Shown piece after piece: positions 24,471-32,000 of a stretch of 32,000 nucleotides of DNA. Made by a program: the position numbers and the translations under genes. The first letter of the stretch is position 1. Each line of letters begins with the position of its first letter. Where the stretch lies: positions 810,001 through 842,000 of the forward strand of contig OW818675.1 of assembly GCA_942493095.1 (NCBI GenBank). Reading direction: 5' to 3'. The notes beneath the pieces were generated by a model. That model worked only from the letters and a program-made list of their open reading frames with translations, was not told the DNA's origin and did not search any database. This DNA comes from Candidatus Electronema halotolerans. Its GTDB lineage: Bacteria > Desulfobacterota > Desulfobulbia > Desulfobulbales > Desulfobulbaceae.

Positions 24471-25667
24471 GTGATAATGAGTAATATCAAAAAAACAAAC
24501 ATAATCCTCCGATACTGGCTCCTCGCCCTATCCTTTGCCACAGCCGGCCTCCTGATAGCCCTCTACTCGGCCCACAGCCACTATCAGAACTATACTGATC
24601 CGCTTTACAGCAGCTTCTGCGCGATCAGCAAATCGATCAACTGCGATACGGTCGCCCAAAGTCCTTGGTCGATCATGTTCGGCCTTCCAGTTGCTTGGTG
24701 GGGAGTGCTCTTTTACCTCTTCTTTCTCCTGATCCTGCTGACCGAAAACCGCTCCAACCTTGCCGCATGGCGCGGTTGGCTGCTGGTGATGCTCATCTCT
24801 TCCACAGTGACGCTGGGACTGGCAGTCATTGCAGTCTGGAAAATCAAATCCCTCTGCATTGTCTGTCTGGCCACATACATAGTCACCTTTAGCCTGACCT
24901 ATATCTGCTGGCTCGGTCAGCGGCGGTGCAAGGAAGTCGTCAATAAAGGTGCTGACAATGTCGCGGCTGCATTCAATCTAAAAGACGCGCTGCGCAATTA
25001 CAGTGTTGCCACTGGCGTGTTCTGCATCAGCCTGCTGCTTGTCTTCGGCCTCATGCCCCGCTACTGGCTCCTTTCCGCTGCTGAGAGTGCTGCGGACATC
25101 AGCAATCTGCCGCATGGCCTGACTGAGGATGGTCATCCGTGGATCGGCGCGGAAAAACCGCTCATGACCATCACCCAATTTTCCGACTACCAGTGCTTCC
25201 AGTGCAGCAAGATGTATTTTCTCCTGCGGAATTTTCTGGCAGCGCACCCGGATACCCTCCGCCTTGTCCATCGCCATTATCCCTTGGATCATGAAGTGAA
25301 TTCCATCATTGTGCCAGAACCGTTTCATGAAGGTTCAGGAAAATTGGCTAAAGTTGCTATTTTGGCGGCAATGCGGGATAAATTCTGGCAGACCAATGAC
25401 CTGCTCTATGCAATGATGCGCGGCAAGAACAGCAAGGTTAAAACAATTTCCCTCAAGGAAATTGCTGACAAAACCGGGCTGAACATCAACGAGCTGGCCG
25501 CTGCCCTCACTCATCCTGTCATTCAAGAAAAGCTGCGCCGGGACATCTGGGACGGCATGAAGCTGGGAATAACTGGCACTCCAGCTTTCCTGATTGACGG
25601 CCAAGTCTATCAAGGCCAGATTCCGCCGAAGATTCTCAAGAAGATTGAAGCACTGCCCGGAAAATGA
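24471..25667 (+). CDS. VKOR (vitamin K epoxide reductase-like, DsbB analogue) fused to a DsbA-like thioredoxin domain
   Basis: The N-terminal membrane domain has the VKOR loop cysteines C-x7-C (FCAISKSINCD) and the CxxC in a TM helix (SLCIVCLATY). The C-terminal domain has a CxxC (DYQCFQCS) and a cis-Pro loop (GITGTPAFLIDG). An ATG at 24477 is an alternative to the GTG at 24471. Confidence 0.8.
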   Translation: MIMSNIKKTNIILRYWLLALSFATAGLLIALYSAHSHYQNYTDPLYSSFCAISKSINCDTVAQSPWSIMFGLPVAWWGVLFYLFFLLILLTENRSNLAAWRGWLLVMLISSTVTLGLAVIAVWKIKSLCIVCLATYIVTFSLTYICWLGQRRCKEVVNKGADNVAAAFNLKDALRNYSVATGVFCISLLLVFGLMPRYWLLSAAESAADISNLPHGLTEDGHPWIGAEKPLMTITQFSDYQCFQCSKMYFLLRNFLAAHPDTLRLVHRHYPLDHEVNSIIVPEPFHEGSGKLAKVAILAAMRDKFWQTNDLLYAMMRGKNSKVKTISLKEIADKTGLNINELAAALTHPVIQEKLRRDIWDGMKLGITGTPAFLIDGQVYQGQIPPKILKKIEALPGK

Positions 25668-27328
25668 AACGGCAGCATTTTTTGCAGGCAGCACTTGCGG
25701 TTGTTGTTCTCTGTATTGCCGTGCTTGCCTGCACCCCGCCTTTCAGCCGGGATGCCCTGATTCACCACCTCCAAGTCCCCAAGCTCTATCTCCAGCACGG
25801 CGGCATGTACGAGATTCCTGAATTGAAATTCTCGTATTACCCCATGAATCTGGACCTGCTTTATTTATGGGCCTTATGGTTGGGCAGCGACATTCTGCCC
25901 AAATACATCCATGCAGCCTTTGCCTTGGCCACCGCCCTGCTGCTGCACTGGCATCTGCGCAGACGGCTGTCTGACAGCCACGCTTGGCTGGGTGCATTGT
26001 TTTTCCTCAGCATTCCTATCATTGTCAAGCTGTCGATCACCGTCTATGTTGATCTGGGCTTAGTTTTTTTCAGCACTGCCGCCCTGCTCCTGCTCTTCCG
26101 CTGGCTGGAGACAAAACGGCGGCGTGACCTGCTGCTGGCAGGCATCTGCTGCGGCTTGGGTATCGGCACCAAATACAACGGCCTGCTGGTGCTCTTTATT
26201 CTCACCTTCATGCTGCCGATTCTGTTCATCAGAACTCAGGAGAAAAAACAAGGGACTGCTCGTCCGGCAGTGAAAGCGACAGTGCTTTTCTGCTTTGCCG
26301 CCCTTTTCGCCGCTTCACCGTGGCTGATCAGGAATGCTGTCTGGACCGGCAATCCGCTCTATCCGCTCTATAACGGCTTCTTCAGCCGCATCAGCAGCGC
26401 GGTGTCGGAACAGCAGCAGGTTGATGCTGATGCAAACAACGAGGAAGCAGAGCAGGACAGCACGGTCAAGGGCGTGTTTGCCAGACGATATATTTTATAT
26501 CGGGAAAACATCTGGCAGTTGCTCCTATTGCCAGTACGGATTTTTATCGAGGGACAAGATGGCGATCCCCGCTATTTTGACGGCAGGCTCAATCCTTTTC
26601 TCTTGCTGCTGGCCCTGCTGGCCTTTATTGGTCCGGCAAACCGGCAGGTGCGGCTTGAACAAATCGCTTTGGTCGCTTTCAGCCTGTTTTATTTCCTCTT
26701 TGCCTTCAACACTGGGGTGCTGCGCATCCGCTACTTAGTGCCAATGGTGCCGTGTTTGGTGATTCTCTCTATGCACGGCCTGCGCAATCTGGAGCTGCAG
26801 GCAGAGCGTCATCTGCACTGGCCCCGTCTGCTGACCGCAGTCTGGCTGGTGCCGGTGAGCCTGCTGCTGGCATGGAATGGCAGCTACATCTGGCAGCAGT
26901 TTCAAGAGGTTGATCCTCTCAGTTACATCACAGGCCGTGTGAGCCGGGATGAATACCTGAGCAAAAAACTGCCTGAATATCCGGTCATGCAGTATGCCAA
27001 CCAGAATCTGCCTGCTTCGGCAAAGGTTCTCTGCATTTTTACGGGCAGGCGGGGATATTATTTGGACAGGCCCCAATCTTTTGAAGATTACGGCAACAAA
27101 AACGGTCTGCTGGCTTGGCTGAACAAATCAGGGATGACAGCGGAAGAAATCGGCCAGCGGCTGGCAAAAAAAGGCATCAGCTATCTGCTCATTCGGCGGG
27201 ACTTGCTCTATCAGCAGCTTAACCGGGCAAGCGGCAGCACCCAGCAGCTCTGGCTGGAACTGGAGCGGCAGCATCTGCGACCGCTCTTCTCCAATCGTGA
27301 ATACAGCCTTTATCAGGCAGTTTTCTGA
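25664..27328 (+). CDS. GT-C fold membrane glycosyltransferase (PMT_2/ArnT/GT39-like), no TPR domain
   Basis: 554 aa. TM1 is followed by an acidic loop (PPFSRDALIHH). About 10 or more hydrophobic segments follow, with GIGTKYNG and a soluble C-terminal ~130 aa. Its ATG overlaps the VKOR-DsbA stop (ATGA at 25664-25667). Confidence 0.6.
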   Translation: MKRQHFLQAALAVVVLCIAVLACTPPFSRDALIHHLQVPKLYLQHGGMYEIPELKFSYYPMNLDLLYLWALWLGSDILPKYIHAAFALATALLLHWHLRRRLSDSHAWLGALFFLSIPIIVKLSITVYVDLGLVFFSTAALLLLFRWLETKRRRDLLLAGICCGLGIGTKYNGLLVLFILTFMLPILFIRTQEKKQGTARPAVKATVLFCFAALFAASPWLIRNAVWTGNPLYPLYNGFFSRISSAVSEQQQVDADANNEEAEQDSTVKGVFARRYILYRENIWQLLLLPVRIFIEGQDGDPRYFDGRLNPFLLLLALLAFIGPANRQVRLEQIALVAFSLFYFLFAFNTGVLRIRYLVPMVPCLVILSMHGLRNLELQAERHLHWPRLLTAVWLVPVSLLLAWNGSYIWQQFQEVDPLSYITGRVSRDEYLSKKLPEYPVMQYANQNLPASAKVLCIFTGRRGYYLDRPQSFEDYGNKNGLLAWLNKSGMTAEEIGQRLAKKGISYLLIRRDLLYQQLNRASGSTQQLWLELERQHLRPLFSNREYSLYQAVF

Positions 27329-27939
27329 GTGACCGGTTCCTTGTCCCGGAACCGCTTCTCGGTGCCGTTCAGCAGTCGCCGGATATTCTGCTGATGCTTG
27401 AACCAGATCAGCAGGACAACATACGCGGCCAGCCATAGTTTCCAGCTTGCTTCGCCAAAAAAATATAAACCGGGCAGCATCGCAGCGGAAGCCAAGAGCG
27501 AACCGAGCGAAACAAAGCCAGTGGCCGCAACTGTCAGCATAAAGACAAGCAGGCTGATCAGCAGTGCTTTGGGGGAAAGGGCGAGAAAGACTCCCAGCGC
27601 GGTTGCCACGCCCTTGCCGCCCTTGAAACGCAGGAAAACCGAAAAACTATGGCCAGTCACAGCCGCTGCCCCGCACAGGGCGGTGGTCAGATTACGGCTG
27701 GGATCATCGCCAAGCAGCAGCCCGGCAGCAATGACCGGCAGCCAACCCTTGGCTGCGTCCAAAAGCAAGGTGAGCAGGCCGATTTTCTTGCCCACCAAGC
27801 GGGAAACATTCGTTGCGCCGATATTGCCGCTGCCATGCTGGCGGATATCAATGCCGCTGCTTCGTGACAGGAGCAGGCCAAAAGGAATTGAGCCGATCAG
27901 ATAGGCTGCGGCAGGCAGCAGGATGTAAAGACTGTTCAT
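27313..27939 (-). CDS. plsY: Glycerol-3-phosphate acyltransferase PlsY
   Basis: It has YLIGSIPFGLLLSR and HGSGNIGATNVSR motifs. About 200 aa, polytopic. Confidence 0.9.
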   Translation of the reverse strand: MNSLYILLPAAAYLIGSIPFGLLLSRSSGIDIRQHGSGNIGATNVSRLVGKKIGLLTLLLDAAKGWLPVIAAGLLLGDDPSRNLTTALCGAAAVTGHSFSVFLRFKGGKGVATALGVFLALSPKALLISLLVFMLTVAATGFVSLGSLLASAAMLPGLYFFGEASWKLWLAAYVVLLIWFKHQQNIRRLLNGTEKRFRDKEPVTQKTA

Positions 27940-27945
27940 CAGGTC

Positions 27946-29064
27946 TCAGGCAAGATGCTCCAGCAGAATGCGCAGCATCCGGCGCAGCGGTTCTGCCGCG
28001 CCCCAGAGGAGCTGATCGCCGACCGTGAAGGCACTCAGATACTGCGGGCCAAGATTCATTTTCCGCACTCGGCCCACTGGCACTGCCAAGGTGCCGCTGA
28101 CCTTGGCCGGACTCAGTTCGCGCAGAGTCTCTTCCTTGGTATTGGGAATGAAGCGCACCCAGTCATTGTGCCCGGCAATGGCCGCCTCAATCTCGGCCAG
28201 CGGGATGTCCTGCGTCAGCTTGATCGTAAAGGCTTGACTGTGGCAGCGCATTGACCCCACCCGGACACAGCAGCCGTCAATCGGAATCAAATTGCTTTCG
28301 TCCCGGCCCAAAATTTTGTTTGTCTCAGTAATGCCTTTCCACTCCTCGCGGGTCTGGCCGTTATCCATAGCCTTGTCAATCCACGGAATCAGGCTGGCAG
28401 CCAAGGGTGCGCCAAAATTCTGCGTCGGAAAGGCCGGATTGCGGAGCGAGGCGGTCACGTTGCGGTCAATATCAAGAATATTGGCTTTTTCATCAAGCAG
28501 AATCTGACAGTTCTCGCCAATCAGCCGCATCTGATTAACTAATTCCAGCATGTTCTTGGCTCCGGCCCCGGAAGCGGCCTGATAGGTCTGCGAAGTGATC
28601 CACTCCACCCAGCCTTTCTCAAACAGCCCACCCAAAGCCATCAGCATCAAAGAAACTGTGCAGTTGCCGCCGATATAGTCCCTGATGCCCTTGGCCAGAG
28701 CCTTGTCAATCACGGCCCGATTGACCGGGTCAAGAATGATGACCGCATCTTTTTCCAAGCGCAGGGCCGAGGCGGCATCAATCCAATAGCCCTGCCAGCC
28801 AGCTTGGCGCAGCTTGGGATGCACTTCTTTGGTGTAATCCCCGCCCTGACAGGAGACGATGATGTCCAATTCCTTGAGCCGGGCCACGTCAAAGGCATCA
28901 AGCAGCTCATAGCTTGTGCCGTCAATCTCCGGCCCGGTCTGCCCGGCTTGCGAGGTGGAAAAGAAGCATGGCTCAAAGTGCTGAAAATCATTTTCCTCGC
29001 GCATCCGCTCCATGAGCACAGAGCCGACCATGCCCCGCCAGCCAATGATGCCTGTCTTTTTCAT
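27946..29064 (-). CDS. asd: Aspartate-semialdehyde dehydrogenase
   Basis: [21 protein letters not shown] is nearly the E. coli Asd N-terminus as I recall it. [13 protein letters not shown] contains the active-site Cys. 372 aa. Confidence 0.92.
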   Translation of the reverse strand: MKKTGIIGWRGMVGSVLMERMREENDFQHFEPCFFSTSQAGQTGPEIDGTSYELLDAFDVARLKELDIIVSCQGGDYTKEVHPKLRQAGWQGYWIDAASALRLEKDAVIILDPVNRAVIDKALAKGIRDYIGGNCTVSLMLMALGGLFEKGWVEWITSQTYQAASGAGAKNMLELVNQMRLIGENCQILLDEKANILDIDRNVTASLRNPAFPTQNFGAPLAASLIPWIDKAMDNGQTREEWKGITETNKILGRDESNLIPIDGCCVRVGSMRCHSQAFTIKLTQDIPLAEIEAAIAGHNDWVRFIPNTKEETLRELSPAKVSGTLAVPVGRVRKMNLGPQYLSAFTVGDQLLWGAAEPLRRMLRILLEHLA

Positions 29065-29090
29065 GATAATTTGAAAGAGTTTTTGTGGAA

Positions 29091-30011
29091 TTAGACAATC
29101 CGCAGGTAGTGAATCAGTTCTTTGGCAATAATCGGAGCCACAGAATAGACTTCCAGCAGCCCGTCACTTTTGGTGCCAGGATAGGTGTCCGCGCCGATGA
29201 TTCGCTTGACTCCTTTAGCTTGGAAGCGTTCACGGGCATTCCCGGAGAGAATCAGGTGCGTGGCCATGAACATGACATCTGCCGCGCCAGCCTCGTAGCA
29301 GCGGTCAGCGGTCTGGAGCATGGAGCCGCCAGTGCGGATCATGTCGTCGCAGATGACAGCGGTCTTGCCTTTGACCGCGCTGGAGAGCTGGCTGACAATG
29401 GTCTTGTCCACGTCATAGCGGTCTTTGTTCGCTGCCGTGTGCGGGCAGTCCAAAATGCCGGCCACCCGCGCCACCCGCTTGCTGAAGCCGTAGTCTGGTG
29501 AGACAAGGACATAATCGCTCAAATTCATATCTCGGATTTTTTGGGCCGCCAGCTCCTCAGTCCAGAGATGCCGGGTCTTGACCTCGCCGGAATGGGCATG
29601 CAGCACGGCCTCAGAGTGCAGATCGACAAAGGCGACATAATCAGGCCGAGTGCGAAAAATCAAGCGGGTGCGGGTCACGCCCTTGGGGATTTCGCCGGAT
29701 TCTGGCTTGGCCCGCTCCATCGTGGAATAGCCCAGATACGGAATCACCACGTTGACGCTGCGGGCATTCCAGTAGCGTCCGCCCGCGATCAGGTCGAGCA
29801 GCTCCAGCAGAGCGCAGTCAGTGTGTGTGGAGGAGACGATGACCATATCCACCCCGGACACGTCGCGGGGAAAGGCATGGTAGGCCTCGCCGTCGGCAAA
29901 CTGCCTACGCACCATTGGCGTGCATTCAATTTTCAGCTCTGAGGCCACCTTGTCCGCCAGCGGCACAGAATCACAGGTGGCCAAGAGAAGAATGTTTTCG
30001 CGTCTGGTCAT
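29091..30011 (-). CDS. Ribose-phosphate pyrophosphokinase (PRPP synthetase) family protein
   Basis: It has a PRPP-binding loop ([15 protein letters not shown]), [13 protein letters not shown] and VDLHS blocks. It diverges from canonical Prs. I prefer the ATG at 30011 over the TTG at 30026. Confidence 0.7.
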   Translation of the reverse strand: MTRRENILLLATCDSVPLADKVASELKIECTPMVRRQFADGEAYHAFPRDVSGVDMVIVSSTHTDCALLELLDLIAGGRYWNARSVNVVIPYLGYSTMERAKPESGEIPKGVTRTRLIFRTRPDYVAFVDLHSEAVLHAHSGEVKTRHLWTEELAAQKIRDMNLSDYVLVSPDYGFSKRVARVAGILDCPHTAANKDRYDVDKTIVSQLSSAVKGKTAVICDDMIRTGGSMLQTADRCYEAGAADVMFMATHLILSGNARERFQAKGVKRIIGADTYPGTKSDGLLEVYSVAPIIAKELIHYLRIV

Positions 30012-30022
30012 TGTTCTTCTTT

Positions 30023-31345
<1,323 letters not shown>

Positions 31346-31363
31346 TCAGCTATGCTTGAAAAG

Positions 31364-31390
31364 GCCCTCCCTTTATTGGCAAGGGAGGGC
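31364..31390 (-). terminator. Rho-independent terminator of the GGGtGRT-family gene
   Basis: gccctccctt-tattggc-aagggagggc forms a 10-bp perfect stem. On the minus strand it is followed by ttttca, and it lies 20 nt downstream of the stop at 31410. Confidence 0.7.
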
Positions 31391-31409
31391 AGGTTTCTTA
31401 CAAGCAGCA

Positions 31410-32000
31410 CTATCCTGCCGCCTGCTGCAAGGCCACGGCCACAGCTACAGAAGCCCCAACCATCGGGTTGTTGCCCATGCCGATGAAGCCCATCATTTCG
31501 ACATGCGCAGGCACGGAGGAAGAACCGGCAAACTGCGCGTCGCCGTGCATCCGGCCCATTGTGTCGGTCAGGCCGTAAGAGGCTGGCCCGGCAGCCATGT
31601 TGTCCGGGTGCAGGGTCCGGCCTGTGCCGCCGCCCGAAGCCACGGAAAAATACTTCTTGCCCAGCTCAACGCACTCCTTCTTATACGTGCCTGCCACTGG
31701 ATGCTGGAAGCGGGTGGGATTAGTCGAGTTGCCAGTGATCGACACATCCACGCCTTCAAGATGATTGATGGCCACGCCTTCGCGCACGTCATCCGCACCA
31801 TAGCAGCGCACCTTGGCCCGCTCACCATCGGAAAAAGGCTTCTCCAGCACCACGTTCAGCTTGCTGGCCGCATAGTCAAACTGCGTCTTCACGTATGTGA
31901 AGCCGTTGATCCGCGAGATGATGTAGGCCGCATCTTTGCCCAGACCATTGAGAATCACCCGCAGCGGCTCAGTTCGCACCCAGTTGGCAGACTTGGCAAT
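31410..32000 (-). CDS. GGGtGRT-family protein (function unknown), C-terminal part; N-terminus lies beyond the window end
   Basis: It contains the eponymous SGGGTGRTLHPDN motif. The reading frame stays open past the listed Met to the window edge. Confidence 0.7.
   Translation of the reverse strand: MAKSANWVRTEPLRVILNGLGKDAAYIISRINGFTYVKTQFDYAASKLNVVLEKPFSDGERAKVRCYGADDVREGVAINHLEGVDVSITGNSTNPTRFQHPVAGTYKKECVELGKKYFSVASGGGTGRTLHPDNMAAGPASYGLTDTMGRMHGDAQFAGSSSVPAHVEMMGFIGMGNNPMVGASVAVAVALQQAAG

Overview
The gene content best fits a Desulfobulbales- or Desulfuromonadales-like anaerobe, though this is inference only: a Geobacter-type pilin N-terminus, VKOR in place of DsbB, a GGGtGRT protein and fused NuoBC. 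Three blocks are present. (1) 1-4.7 kb, minus strand: a Complex I operon (nuoA, fused nuoBC, nuoD) behind a perfect consensus sigma-70 promoter. It is interrupted between nuoC and nuoD by five small accessory genes. These are an MNT/HEPN toxin-antitoxin pair flanked by a perfect 51-bp direct repeat that duplicates the nuoC 3' end, the ribosome-rescue factor arfB, and a second small TA-like pair. (2) 4.7-8.9 kb, plus strand: housekeeping genes, namely a BepA-like M48/TPR protease, nikR, a DUF296 protein and a UbiD-family decarboxylase. (3) About 8.96-27.3 kb, plus strand: the most interesting region. A sigma-54-driven full-length Geobacter-type pilin is followed by two tandem paralogous TMTC-like GT-C/TPR membrane glycosyltransferases and a second sigma-54-driven pilin paralog. 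Next comes a visibly AT-rich sugar-modification island: DUF354, an AsnB-type amidotransferase, an alpha/alpha-barrel protein, two methyltransferases, a bi-domain oxidoreductase, a GT4 and a UPF0104 flippase-like protein. It ends with a VKOR-DsbA fusion translationally coupled to a third GT-C membrane glycosyltransferase. I read this as a candidate, apparently uncharacterised pilin maturation system combining glycosylation with disulfide formation. The right end (27.3-32 kb, minus strand) is ordinary core: plsY, asd, a PRPP-synthetase-family gene, leuB and a partial GGGtGRT-family gene. I saw no rRNA, tRNA, CRISPR array, transposase or integrase. All functional calls rest on motif recognition by eye, with no database search.
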